The translations under genes and the position numbers were made by a program. From an uncultured beta proteobacterium (lineage in GTDB: Bacteria; Pseudomonadota; Gammaproteobacteria; Burkholderiales; Casimicrobiaceae): DNA of 64,000 nt. The notes beneath the pieces were generated by a model, which worked only from the letters and a program-made list of their open reading frames with translations, made no database searches and was not told where the DNA came from. Numbering within the stretch: the first letter of the stretch is position 1; each line of letters opens with the position of its first letter. The stretch is taken from assembly GCA_963741355.1 (NCBI GenBank), contig CAVUIG010000017.1:10022-74021 (forward strand), given 5' to 3'. Shown piece after piece: positions 51,769-62,444 of the stretch.

Positions 51769-53143
51769 ATGCCGAATTCCATGCCGGCAAGCAAAGTGAT
51801 TGCCGCCGTTCGCAATGCCCCCGGAAACCGGGTCAAGGTCGCGTGCTCCGACATCGACGGCGTCCTGCGCGGCAAGTACATCCACAAGGAGAAGTTCTAC
51901 TCCGCGGTCGACGGTGGATTCGGCTTCTGCGACGTGGTGTTCGGCTGGGACATGATGGACGTCACCTACGACAACACGACGATGACGGGCTGGCACAAGG
52001 GGTTTCCCGACGCCGTCGCGCGGATCGACCTCGGCACGTTCCGCACGGTGCCGTGGGACGACGGCGTGCCGTTCTTCCTCGGCGAGTTCGTGCACCAGGT
52101 CAAGGGCCGCGAGGCGCCGCTGCCGATCTGTCCGCGGCAGGTGCTGAAACGAGTGCTGAAGCGTGCGGAAAAGCTCGGCGTGATGCCGATGTGCGGAATG
52201 GAATTCGAGTGGTTCAACTTCGCCGAGACGCCGTACTCGTGGGCGCAGAAGAAAGGCGTCGGTCCGACGCCGATCACGCCCGGCATGTTCGGTTACTCGC
52301 TGCTGCGCGCGAACGAGAATCGCGAGTTCTTCGCGGCGCTGATGGCGGATACGGAAGCCTTCGGCATTCCGATCGAGGGGCTGCACACCGAGACCGGGCC
52401 CGGCGTGTACGAAGTCGCGATCCTGTTCTCGGAAGCGCTCGAATCGGCCGACCGCGCGATCCTCTTCAAGACCGCGGCCAAGGAGATCGGCGCCCGCTTC
52501 GGCATCATGCCGAGCTTCATGGCCAAGTGGAATCCGCAGCTGCCCGGCTGCTCGGGCCACATCCACCAGTCGCTCTCCGACGGGAAGAAGAATCTCTTCG
52601 CCGATGCCAAGGGCCGGAATGGCATGAGCCGGCTCTTCGAGAGCTATCTCGCGGGACAGGTCGCGGGACTGATGGAGCTGGCGCCGATGTACTGGCCGAC
52701 GATCAACAGCTACAAGCGCCTCGTCGACGGCTTCTGGGCGCCGGTGAAGCCGACGTGGGGACTCGACAACCGCACGGCGAGCTTTCGCGTGATCGCGAGC
52801 TCGCCCAAGGCGACGCGCCTCGAGACGCGCTGCCCGGGCGCCGACATGAATCCCGTATCTCGCCGCCGCCGCGTGCATCGCGGCGGGACTTGCGGGCGTC
52901 GAGAAGAAACTGAAGCTCACTGCCAAACCCATACACGGCACGAACCAGGGCGCCGAGCACATCGCGCGGGCGCCGCGCACGCTGATCGAGACGACGCGGA
53001 TCTTTCGCGAGTCGAAGCTCGCGCGCGACTGGTTCGGCGACGAGTTCGTCGATCATTTCGCCGCGACCCGCGAGTGGGAGTGGAGGCAGTGGCTCGACGC
53101 CGTCACCGACTGGGAGATGAAACGTTACTTCGAAATCATCTGA
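51769..53143 (+). CDS. glutamine synthetase-family gamma-glutamyl-amine ligase (PuuA/GlnA-like), one frameshift
   Basis: ORF 51769..53631 supplies GMEFEWFNF, LHTETGPGVYEVAI, MAKWNPQLPGCSGHIHQSL and NRTASFRV...TRLETRCPGADMNP. After AAT CCC an extra G (about 52855) hides YLAAAACIAAGLAGVEKKLKL...FAATREWEWRQWLDAVTDWEMKRYFEII*. Confidence 0.8.
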
Positions 53144-53144
53144 G

Positions 53145-53654
53145 ATCGCGATCCGCCGCCTCGAGCCCGCCGACGCCGCGACCTATCGCGCGCTCAGGCT
53201 GCGCGGTCTCGCCGAGCATCCCGATGCGTTCACGTCGAGCCATGACGAGGAAGCCGCCAAGCCCCTTTCGCAAAGCGCGCACCGCCTCTCGCCCGACAGC
53301 GGCGACGTCCTGTACGGCGCGTTCGTCGACGGCGCGCTGGTCGGCGTCGTGGGCTGGTCGCGCGATGCGCGCGCCAAGAACCGGCATGGGATCAAGGTCG
53401 TCGGCATGTTCGTGGCGCCCGAGCATCGGCGTCGCGGCGTGGGCACCGCGCTGCTCGCGCATCTCGTCGCCGACGTCCGCCGCGACCCCAGCATCCTTCA
53501 GCTCATCCTCACGGTCACCCATACAAACCATGCCGCGCGCACGCTCTATGAGCGCGCCGGCTTCCGCTCGTTCGGCGTCGAGCCGCGCGCGATCCGCGTC
53601 GATGGCGAGTTCTTCGACAAGAATCACATGATCCTTTTCCTCGAGCAGCGATGA
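53145..53654 (+). CDS. GNAT-family N-acetyltransferase (start codon not identifiable)
   Basis: The in-frame text from about 53145 reads IAIRRLEPADAATYRALRLRGLAEHPDAFTSS...GVVGWSRD...VVGMFVAPEHRRRGVGTALL (Q/RxxGxG/A acetyl-CoA motif) ...ARTLYERAGF. No canonical start codon lies between the upstream in-frame stop (53118) and 53145, so there may be an indel at the GS/GNAT junction. Confidence 0.65.
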   Translation: MAIRRLEPADAATYRALRLRGLAEHPDAFTSSHDEEAAKPLSQSAHRLSPDSGDVLYGAFVDGALVGVVGWSRDARAKNRHGIKVVGMFVAPEHRRRGVGTALLAHLVADVRRDPSILQLILTVTHTNHAARTLYERAGFRSFGVEPRAIRVDGEFFDKNHMILFLEQR

Positions 53655-54820
53655 CCACCACCACGATCAGCTTTCCGACCACCATCCATTTCGGACCCGG
53701 CACGCGCAAGCTCGTCGGCGAGCACCTGCGCGCTCATGGCAAGAAACGCCCGCTCGTCGTCACCGACCGCGGCGTCGCCGCGCTGCCGCTGCTGAAGACC
53801 GTGACGGATGAGCTGACCGGTCTCAAGTTTGCGGTCTACTCCGGCATCTGGGGCAATCCGGTGAAAAGCCAGGTCGAAGGCGGCGTCGCGGCCTTCAAGG
53901 CGCACAAGGCCGACTCGATCATCGGCCTGGGTGGCGGCGCCGCACTCGATGTCGCGAAGGCGATCGCGCTGATGGCGACCCATCCCGGCGACGTCCTCGA
54001 ATACGCGTGGGATCATCCGCAGGTGCGGCCGATCGAGAAGGAACTTCCCTATTTCGTCGCGCTGCCGACGACGGCGGGCACCGGCTCGGAAGTCGGCCGA
54101 TCGTCGGTCGTCTCCGACGACGCGACGCACGTGAAGAAGATCATCTTCTCGCCCAAGCTGCTCGCGAAATGCGTGTTCGCCGATCCGGAGCTGACCCTCG
54201 ACCTGCCGCCCGCGATCACCGCGGCGACCGGCATGGACGCGCTGACGCACAACGTCGAGTCGTATCTCTCGCCGGAGTATCACCCGCTGTGCGACGGCAT
54301 CGCGCTCGAGGGTGTGCGCATCGCCGCGCGCGCGCTGCCGATCGCCGTCCGGGACGGGAAGAACCTCAAGGCGCGCAGCGACATGCTGATGAGCTCGCTG
54401 ATGGGTGCGATCGCGTTCCAGAAGGACCTGGGCGCCGTGCATTCGTGCGCGCACGCGCTGTCCACCGTGGCCGACCTGCACCACGGACTCGCCAATGGCA
54501 TCATGATCGACCACGTGATGCGCTTCAACCTGCCCGCCGCGACCGCGAAGATGGCGGAGCTCGCGCGTGTCGCCGGAGTGCCCGACGCGGCGAGCCTGTC
54601 CGACAAGGCGGCGGCGCGCGCCTTCATCGAGTGGCTGACGCAGATGAAGGCGGACCTCGGCATCCCGGCGACCGTTGGCGCGCTCAAGGCCGCCCGCCCC
54701 GTCACCAAGGCCGACATCCCGGCGCTGGTCGAGGTGGCGATCCACGACACCTGTCACAAGACCAATCCGCGCGCCTGCACGCGCGCGGACTTCGAGCGCA
54801 TCTTTTCGGAAGCGATCTGA
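53651..54820 (+). CDS. iron-containing (group III) alcohol dehydrogenase
   Basis: ORF 53651..54820 (389 aa), intact. It carries GLGGGAALDVAKAIAL, ALPTTAGTGSEV, GMDALTHNVESY and HSCAHALS...HHGLANG. Confidence 0.85.
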   Translation: MTTTTISFPTTIHFGPGTRKLVGEHLRAHGKKRPLVVTDRGVAALPLLKTVTDELTGLKFAVYSGIWGNPVKSQVEGGVAAFKAHKADSIIGLGGGAALDVAKAIALMATHPGDVLEYAWDHPQVRPIEKELPYFVALPTTAGTGSEVGRSSVVSDDATHVKKIIFSPKLLAKCVFADPELTLDLPPAITAATGMDALTHNVESYLSPEYHPLCDGIALEGVRIAARALPIAVRDGKNLKARSDMLMSSLMGAIAFQKDLGAVHSCAHALSTVADLHHGLANGIMIDHVMRFNLPAATAKMAELARVAGVPDAASLSDKAAARAFIEWLTQMKADLGIPATVGALKAARPVTKADIPALVEVAIHDTCHKTNPRACTRADFERIFSEAI

Positions 54821-54827
54821 GGCCACC

Positions 54828-55616
54828 ATGCTCAAGATCGGCATATCGGCATGCTTCTTCCACGAGGACCCGCAGCGGCCGGTCTTCAAGGGGATGACGC
54901 TGCAATACATCGAGCAGAACGTCGCGCACTGGCTGATGCAGCGCGACGTACTGGCCTTCATGGTGCCATCGCCCGAGGGGCGCACGCGGCGCACCGGCAG
55001 CAAGACGACCGTCGAGGCGTACGCGGACGAGCTCGACGGGCTCGTGCTGATGGGCGGGTCGGACGTCTGCCCGGAGACCTACGGCGAGACAGCGCAGAAA
55101 CCGGAATGGAGCGGCGACCGGATCCGCGACGAATACGAGATCGCGCTGCTGCGGGCGTTCATGTCGCTGCGCAAGCCGGTGCTGGGCGTGTGCCGCGGCG
55201 CGCAGATCATCAACGTCGCGCAGGGCGGCACGCTGTATCAGGACATCGCGACACAAGTGCCGCAAGCGCTCAACCACCGCAACTGGGCGATCTACGAGCA
55301 GAACTGCCATGCGACGTCGTTCGTTCCCGGAACGGGGCTCGCGAGACTTTATCCGCGCGCGACGGTCGTAAAGACGAACTCGATTCATCACCAGGGACTG
55401 AAGGACATCGGCCGCGACCTCGTCGTCGAGGCGCTGTCGGAGCCCGACCGAATGGTCGAGGCGATCCGCCACACGGGCCGGGGCTACGTATTCGGCGTGC
55501 AGTGGCATCCTGAATTCCACGCGCCGGACGACCCCTCGTTCCTCGACGACACGCCGATCCTCGACGAATTCCTCGCCGCCGCCTCCGCGCACAAGTCGGC
55601 CGCCTACGCCATATGA
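54828..55616 (+). CDS. class-I glutamine amidotransferase-like gamma-glutamyl-amide hydrolase (PuuD / peptidase C26 type)
   Basis: Starts at the internal ATG at 54828 of ORF 54675..55616. Sequence is MLKIGISACFFHE...GLVLMGGSDV...VLGVCRGAQIINVAQGGTLYQDI...NSIHHQGL...FGVQWHPEF (Cys-His-Glu triad context). Confidence 0.85.
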   Translation: MLKIGISACFFHEDPQRPVFKGMTLQYIEQNVAHWLMQRDVLAFMVPSPEGRTRRTGSKTTVEAYADELDGLVLMGGSDVCPETYGETAQKPEWSGDRIRDEYEIALLRAFMSLRKPVLGVCRGAQIINVAQGGTLYQDIATQVPQALNHRNWAIYEQNCHATSFVPGTGLARLYPRATVVKTNSIHHQGLKDIGRDLVVEALSEPDRMVEAIRHTGRGYVFGVQWHPEFHAPDDPSFLDDTPILDEFLAAASAHKSAAYAI

Positions 55617-57001
55617 AATCCGGAACCGGAATGAAGATCATGAATCCCGCCAACGGCGCGGTCATCGCGAGCGTCGTGGCGGACACCAGCGCGGTCGTGC
55701 GGCGCAAATACGCAACCGCGCGCAGCGGCCAGCACGACTGGGCGCGCGTGCCGCTGCGCAAGCGGCTCGCCACGATCGCCAAGTTCCGCGAGCGTATCGT
55801 CGCGATGCACGAGACGCTGGCGCGCACGCTGACGCAGGAGGTCGGAAAGCCGATCCGCCAGTCGCGCAACGAATTGAACGGCCTACTCGCCCGGATCGAT
55901 TTTTTTCTCGCGGAATCGACGCGCGCACTGCGTGACGAGACCGTCCACGCCGACACCGGCAAGAAGATGGAGGAGCGGATCACGCACGAGCCGCTGGGCG
56001 TCATCGCGAATATCTCGGCTTGGAACTATCCCTATTTCGTCGGCAGCAACGTATTCGTGCCGGCGCTGGCGGCGGGCAACGCCGTCCTCTACAAGCCGAG
56101 CGAGTACGCGACGCTCACCGGATTGCACATCGCGGAGATGCTGCACGAGGCGGGTGTGCCGCGGGATGTGTTCGTTCCGGTGATCGGCGACGGCGCGACG
56201 GGCGCGGCACTGCTGCGCCAGCCGGTCGACGCGGTGTTCTTCACGGGATCCTACGCGACGGGCGCGCGCATCGCCGCGAGCGCCGGGCGCCGGATGATCA
56301 AGATCCAGCTCGAGCTGGGCGGCAAGGACCCGGTTTACGTCTGTGAGGATGTCGACGTCAAGGCGGCGGCCGCCGCGGTCGCCGACGGCGCGTTCTACAA
56401 CACGGGCCAGTCGTGCTGCGCGGTCGAGCGCATCTACGTCCACGAGTCGATCCACGACGCGTTCGTCGATGCGTTCGTCGCCGAGGTGCGCGGCTACAAG
56501 CTCGGCGACCCGATGGACGAGGCGACCTACGTCGGCGCGATCACGCGCCGGGCGCAGCTCGACGTGCTGCGTCGCCAGGTCGCCGACGCCAAGAGGAAGG
56601 GCGCGAAGCTCCTCCTTGGCGGCGCGACGGTCAAGCGCAAGGGCAACTGGTTCGAGCCGACCGTGTTCACCGACGTCGATCATTCAATGCTGCTGATGAA
56701 GGACGAGAGCTTCGGCCCGATCATCGGCATTCAGAGCGTCGCCGACGACGAGGCCGCGGTGAATCTGATGAACGACAGCGAATACGGACTGACCGCCGGC
56801 GTCTACACGTTCGATTCGCGGCGCGCGCGCAAGCTCATGGCGCAGCTCGAGGCGGGCAGCGTCTACTGGAACTGCTGCGACCGGGTGAGCCCGCGCCTGC
56901 CGTGGTCGGGCGTCAAGCACTCCGGCATCGGGCTGACGCTGTCGACCTACGGCATCCAGACGTTCACCCGCACCAAGGCCTGGCACCTCAAAGGTAACTG
57001 A
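55613..57001 (+). CDS. NAD(P)-dependent aldehyde dehydrogenase
   Basis: ORF 55613..57001 (462 aa), intact. It carries ISAWNYPYF, FTGSYATG, LELGGKDP (general-base Glu), YNTGQSCCAVERIYV (catalytic Cys) and EPTVFTDV...EESFGP. The ATG overlaps the upstream stop (ATGA). Confidence 0.9.
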   Translation: MKSGTGMKIMNPANGAVIASVVADTSAVVRRKYATARSGQHDWARVPLRKRLATIAKFRERIVAMHETLARTLTQEVGKPIRQSRNELNGLLARIDFFLAESTRALRDETVHADTGKKMEERITHEPLGVIANISAWNYPYFVGSNVFVPALAAGNAVLYKPSEYATLTGLHIAEMLHEAGVPRDVFVPVIGDGATGAALLRQPVDAVFFTGSYATGARIAASAGRRMIKIQLELGGKDPVYVCEDVDVKAAAAAVADGAFYNTGQSCCAVERIYVHESIHDAFVDAFVAEVRGYKLGDPMDEATYVGAITRRAQLDVLRRQVADAKRKGAKLLLGGATVKRKGNWFEPTVFTDVDHSMLLMKDESFGPIIGIQSVADDEAAVNLMNDSEYGLTAGVYTFDSRRARKLMAQLEAGSVYWNCCDRVSPRLPWSGVKHSGIGLTLSTYGIQTFTRTKAWHLKGN

Positions 57002-57053
57002 GAGGAAATTGAGAGGCCCGAAGGCACCTGAGGGAAGCTGATCCGCCACGTGG

Positions 57054-57908
57054 CTAAGCGTCGCGCAGTTCGGCAGCGCGCAGCGTGTTCGCGAGCAGCG
57101 TCGCGATCGTCATCGGGCCCACACCGCCCGGCACCGGCGTGATCCACCCGGCGCGCGCGCTCGCGGCGGCGAAATCGACGTCGCCGCAGAGCTTGCCTTC
57201 CGCGTTGCGATTCATCCCGACGTCGATCACGATCGCGCCCGGCTTGATCCAGTCGCCCTGGACGAAATTCGCCTTGCCGATCCCGGCGACGAGGATGTCG
57301 GCCTGGCGCACGATCTCCGGCAGGTCGCGCGTGCGCGAATGACAGATGGTCACCGTGCAGCGCTCGATCAGGAGCTCGAGCGCCATCGGCCGGCCGACGA
57401 TGTTCGACTGGCCGATCACGACCGCATGCTTGCCCGCGAGCGCCTCGCCGGTGTCCTTCAGCAGCGTCATGCAGCCCCACGGCGTGCAGGGGCGCAGCAG
57501 CGGACGCTTCAGCACGAGGCGGCCGACGTTGTACGGATGGAACCCGTCGACGTCCTTGCCCGGGTCGATGCGCTCGGTGACGAGGTCGACGTCGATGTGC
57601 TTCGGCAGCGGCAGCTGCACGAGGATGCCGCTCACCGCAGGATCCCGGTTCAGCGCGTCGACGAGCGCGAGCAGCTCCTCCTGCGAGGTCGACTCCTTGA
57701 GATCGTGCGCGAACGAGCGCATCCCGGCGCTCTCGGTCGTGCGCCGCTTGTTGCGGACGTAGATCGACGACGCCGGATCGGCGCCCACCTGCACGACGGC
57801 GAGACCCGGCGGCGCGCGGCCCGCGGCGACACGGGCGGCGACGGCCTGCGCAACGTCGGCGGTCAGGCGCGACGCGCGCGCCTTGCCATCAATGATCCGG
57901 GCGGTCAT
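57054..57908 (-). CDS. folD: bifunctional methylenetetrahydrofolate dehydrogenase/cyclohydrolase
   Basis: ORF 57054..57908 (284 aa), intact. It carries [60 protein letters not shown] and [16 protein letters not shown]. Confidence 0.95.
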   Translation of the reverse strand: MTARIIDGKARASRLTADVAQAVAARVAAGRAPPGLAVVQVGADPASSIYVRNKRRTTESAGMRSFAHDLKESTSQEELLALVDALNRDPAVSGILVQLPLPKHIDVDLVTERIDPGKDVDGFHPYNVGRLVLKRPLLRPCTPWGCMTLLKDTGEALAGKHAVVIGQSNIVGRPMALELLIERCTVTICHSRTRDLPEIVRQADILVAGIGKANFVQGDWIKPGAIVIDVGMNRNAEGKLCGDVDFAAASARAGWITPVPGGVGPMTIATLLANTLRAAELRDA

Positions 57909-57941
57909 GGAGAATCTCGCAGGAAGGGAATCGGGAAGGGG

Positions 57942-58883
57942 ATGCGGTCACGAAGCTCGCCGGACTACAATCGGCCGGTGATCGAGGACGATATTGTAAC
58001 GGCGATCGCGGATCGGCTCGCCAATGCCCTGGCGCCGCCGCGCATGCCGTTGATCCCGCTGTGTGTGGAGAACCGCGCGGCGGGCCGGGTCGACGCCGCG
58101 CGCGCCCTGCGGCTCGCACGGTTCGACGACGTGTTCGAGGTCGATGCGCGGGCCATTCGATTCGTGCCGGGTCTCGACGACGAGCCGGCGCGCACCGCCG
58201 CGCTCCAGCGGGTCGCGCGAGCGCTCGAGCGCGAAGGACTGCTGACCGCCTGGCGCGACGAACGCTACGCCGCCGCGCCGGAATTCGGCGCCACACCATG
58301 GTTCCTGCTCGAGCGCGCGGCGGCGCGCTACTTCGGGATTCACACCTACGCGGTGCACGTCAACGGACTCGTCCGCCGCGGTGGCGAAATCGCGATGTGG
58401 ATCGCGCGGCGCAGCCCCGCGAAGGCGATCGATCCCGGGATGCTCGACAATCTCGTGGGCGGCGGCATCGCCGCCGGTGAGTCCGTCGCCGCGACGCTGG
58501 TGAAGGAATCCGCCGAGGAGGCCGGCATCGGCGCCGCGCTGGCCCGTGAGGCCATCCCGGCCGGCGCGGTTCACATCTACCGCGCGCAACCGGACGGCAT
58601 CCAGCACGAAACGCTGTTCGTGCACGACCTGTGGCTCCCGGAATCTTTCGTGCCGACGGCAGTCGACGGTGAAGTCGTCGCCAGCACGCTGGTCACATTG
58701 AGGCACGCCGCCCGCATCGCGGCCAATTCGCAGGGCACCGATGTCGCGACCGCGGACGCTTCCCTCGTCATCGCCGACTGCCTGCTCCGCCACGACGCGA
58801 TCGCGCCGGACGCGCCGGGCCGACGAATGCTCGAATCACTGCGCCGCCCGGCCGCGCTCGATGATCGGTGCCCTTCGCCGTAG
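57942..58883 (+). CDS. NUDIX-family hydrolase with an N-terminal extension domain
   Basis: Starts at an internal ATG of ORF 57339..58883. The Nudix box [24 protein letters not shown] fits GX5EX7(R/K)EXXEEXGU. The N-terminal ~150 aa are unassigned and the start is uncertain. Confidence 0.75.
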   Translation: MRSRSSPDYNRPVIEDDIVTAIADRLANALAPPRMPLIPLCVENRAAGRVDAARALRLARFDDVFEVDARAIRFVPGLDDEPARTAALQRVARALEREGLLTAWRDERYAAAPEFGATPWFLLERAAARYFGIHTYAVHVNGLVRRGGEIAMWIARRSPAKAIDPGMLDNLVGGGIAAGESVAATLVKESAEEAGIGAALAREAIPAGAVHIYRAQPDGIQHETLFVHDLWLPESFVPTAVDGEVVASTLVTLRHAARIAANSQGTDVATADASLVIADCLLRHDAIAPDAPGRRMLESLRRPAALDDRCPSP

Positions 58884-58974
58884 CGTGCAGCGCGCGATCG
58901 CTGGTAGGATTGGCGCCCGGCCGCGTCGTCGAGCGCGCGCCGTATCTCGCCCGATCCTTCCGACGGAGGCTTTC

Positions 58975-59435
58975 ATGCAACGATTCCTGTCCATGATCCC
59001 GGTGGCTGCGCTGGCCTTGATGCTGGGCGCGTGCGTGAGCGGTGGCGGTGGTGGCGGCGGCGGCGGGCCGCCCGAGGTCGAGGTTCGCGCCGGCACCGTC
59101 GAGCAGGTAAGCCTCACGCAGGTGAAGTCGAACCACGACCAGGGCCTGGGCGCGATCGTCGGCGGCATTGCCGGCGCGGGACTCGGCAGCCTGATCGGCG
59201 CGGGCACGGGCCGCGATGTCGCGATCGCCGCGGGCGCGATCGCGGCGCGATCGGCGGCAACTACGCGCAACAGAAATACTACGACAAGCCGCAGGAAGCG
59301 CAGCAGGTCATCGTGCGCCTGAAGAGCGGCGTGCTGGTGTCCGTCACGCAGCCCGTCAATCCGGCGCTGCGCCCCGGCCTGCGGGTCTACGTCGAGGGCT
59401 CCGGATACGACGCGCGCGTCGTGCCGCAGCAATAG
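58975..59435 (+). CDS. outer-membrane lipoprotein, glycine-zipper (SlyB / 17-kDa antigen-like), one frameshift
   Basis: [20 protein letters not shown] contains a lipobox. A run of nine Gly follows, then the glycine zipper [21 protein letters not shown]. The C-terminus [60 protein letters not shown] is ORF 59031..59435. The shift is at about 59240. Confidence 0.7.
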
Positions 59436-59464
59436 CGGACCGTTGCCGGAGGGCCTCGGAATAC

Positions 59465-60615
59465 CTACGCGGCCGCCCGCGTGGCGGCCGGTCGCGGGCT
59501 CACGTCGCGGATGCCCATCTCCGCGAGCGTGTCGCGCACGGCGTTCACCGCGTGGCGCATCTCGTCGGGGCCGATCGCGCCGATGCAGCCGACGCGGAAG
59601 GTCTCGACCTGGGTCAGCTTGCCGGGATACAGGACGAAGCCCTTGTCGCGCACGCATTCGTAGAACCGCTTGAACGTGTACGCCGGGTCGACCGGGGCGT
59701 GAAACGTGACGATGATCGGCGCCTGGATGTCCGGCCTTCAGGAAGGGTCGGAATCCGAGCTCGGCCATCCCGCTCAGCAGCGTCGCGCAGTTCCGCGCAT
59801 AGCGCGCATGCCGCGCCGGCTGCCCGCCCTCGGCGATCAGCTGGTCGAGCGCCGCGTTGAGCGCGATCATCACGTGGGTCGGCGGCGTGTAGCGCCACTG
59901 CGTGGTCCGCTCCATGTATTCCCACTGGTCATGGAGATCGAGCGCCAGCGACGACGAGTTGCCGGCGCAGTGCTCCAGCACATCGCGGCGCACGAAGACG
60001 AATCCCATGCCGGGCGGACCCTCGACGCATTTGCCCGGACGCCGCGATGAGGGCATCGAAGGGTGTGGTCCGCGCGTCGATCTCGATCGCCGCGAACGAG
60101 CTCATCGCGTCGACGATGAGGCGCCGACCGTGTTTCTGCACGACGGCCGCGATCTCGCGCAGCGGGTTGAGGATTCCGGTCGACGTCTCGCAATGGACGA
60201 GCCCGACGTGCGTGATCGACGCGTCGGCGGCGAGCAGGCGGTCGACGTCCTCGGGGGTCGTCGGAACGTCCTCGGCGGTCTCGAACGTCGAGAGCTTGCG
60301 TCCCATCATCCTGGTGAGCTTCGCCATCCGCGTGCCGTAGGCGCCATTGATCAGCACCAGCACATGGCCGTCGCGCGGCACCAGCGTGTTGACCGCACCC
60401 TCGACCGAGAACGTCCCGCTGCCCTGCATCGGCACGCAGACGTGCGTCGCCTCGCCGTGGACGATCGCGACGAGCTTGCGCCGCAGTTCCGCGGTGACGG
60501 CGTTGAACGCCGCGTCCCACGAGCCCCAGTCGCGCAGCATCGCCGACTTGGTCGCGAGCGACGTCGTCAGCGGGCCCGGGGTGAGCAGGATCGGATCACG
60601 GGAAAAGAGGCTCAT
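59465..60615 (-). pseudogene. phnW: 2-aminoethylphosphonate--pyruvate transaminase, about 3 frame disruptions
   Basis: [45 protein letters not shown]...[12 protein letters not shown]... is ORF 59929..60615. The middle, [61 protein letters not shown], is in ORF 58836..60056. The end is ORF 59465..59653 ([28 protein letters not shown]...). Confidence 0.8.
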
Positions 60616-60697
60616 CGTCGGCTCCGGTGGTTTTCATGCAACGCTTGCCGCGAATAATCGTCGGCATGCCCGATTTTCCACCAGTCCCGCCGATCGC

Positions 60698-62367
60698 TCA
60701 AGCCGCCGTCACCGGCTTGCGCCACGCCTGCGTGCGCGTCAGCAGCACCCGCGTGACGAGCGCGTAGAGGAGGCAGACGATCGTCGAGCTCGCGACGATC
60801 AGCGTGGCCATCGCCGCCGCCGGCGCCGATCTCGCCCGCCTCGTCGAGGTTCAGGATCGCGACCGCGGCGAGCCGGGTGTCGGGCGAGTAGAGGAAAACG
60901 ACGGCGGAGATCGTCACCATCGCGTTGACGAAGAGGTAGCGGCCGATGTCGAGGATCGCGGGCAGGCACACCGGCACCGTGACGCGGTGGAAGGTCTTGT
61001 AGAACGGCACCTTGAGCGACGCCGACACCGATTCGAACTCGCTGTCGAGCGCCTTCAGCGCGGTGACGGCGGTGAGGTGGCTCGACGTGTAGTAGTGCAC
61101 GACGGTCGAGAGCACGAGGATCGTCAGCGTGTGGTACAGGAAGTTGAGCGGATTGTCGGGATGGTTGAAGAAGAGGATGTAGCCCAAACCCAGCACCATG
61201 CCCGGCACGCCCATCGGAATCGCCGCGAGCAGGCGGATCAGCGCCCGCAGCGCGGGCACGCCGCGCGTCTTCTCGAGCAGGTACGCGCAGCCGAAGATGA
61301 ACAGCGTGCCGAAGAAGGCCGCCGCGAACGCCATCTTGCAGGCTGTTGAAGAAGGTGTCGATGACGCCGCCGTCGATCAGGCCGAACGTGTAGTGGCGAA
61401 GGCTGAACGAGAGATCGTACGGCCAGAGCTTGATGAACGACGTGTAGACCGCCATGCCCAGCACCGCGAGCAGAAGCAGCGCGACGATCGTGCAGAAGGC
61501 GAGCATCGCGCGTCGAACCAGCGCCTTGCGCTTCGGCGCATACGGCACGGCGCGCGCCGAGAACTGCGACTGCTGCTTGCCCTGCATGATCCAGTCGACG
61601 ATGAACGCGACCAGCACCGGCAGCAGCAGGACGATGCTCACCACGGCGCCCTTGTTGAAGTTCTGCTGGCCGATCACCTGCTTGAAGATGTCGACCGCGA
61701 GCACGCTGAAATTGCCGCCGATCACCTTCGGAATGCCGAAGTCGCTGACCGTGTACGAGAACACGACCATCGCCGCGCTGACGAGCCCGTACTTGGCGCC
61801 GGGCAGCGTGATGGTGAGGAACTTGCGCCAGGTCCGCGTGCCGAGCGACTCCGCCGCCTCGTAGAGCCGGCCGTCGGCGAGCAGCAGCGAGGTCAGGACG
61901 ATCATCAGCGCGTGCGGAAACGTCGCGTAGATCGAGCTGATGATGATGCCGAGCGCGCCGTAGACCTGCGCGCCGCCGAGCAGCCCCTTCAAGATCCCCT
62001 GGTTGCCGAACCACTGGATGAACGAGATCGCCGCCAGCAGCGACGGCGCGAGGATCGGCGTGAGCCCGATGACGCGGAACAGCCCCTTCGCGGGCATGCA
62101 CGAGCGCGTGAGCGCATAGGCGTACGTGAACGCCAGCGGAATGGTGATCCCCGTGACGATCGACGCGACCAGAGCGTGTTCCAGATCGACTGGCGCAGCC
62201 GCGGCGTCGCGAAGTAGTCCTGGAACTGCATCAGACCGACGAAGGCGCCGTCCTTGTCCTGCACGCTCTTCACGAGGATCATCGCGAGCGGCCCCAGCAG
62301 GAACACCGCGAGCGCCGCGCAGCAGCAGCACCAGCAGCCCCTGCGCGAGCCGGTCCTGCCAGTGCAC
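60698..62367 (-). pseudogene. fused two-domain ABC permease (2-aminoethylphosphonate / Fe(III)-type), at least 4 frame disruptions
   Basis: The pieces lie in ORFs 60799..62367, 61989..62306 and 60612..61334. They include FLLGPLAMILVKSVQDKDG, YEAAESLGTRTWRKFLTITLPGAKYGL (first EAA loop), LDSEFESVSASLKVPFYKTFHRVTVPVCLPAI (second EAA loop), and the end AMATLIVASSTIVCLLYALVTRVLLTRTQAWRKPVTAA* in a further frame. Confidence 0.75.
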
Positions 62368-62444
62368 GCAGCGGCTTCACGGCCGGCCCGACGGCCGGCG
62401 GCGTCAGCGTGGCGGCGCGGGTCGCCATCGATCTTCGCGCGGCG

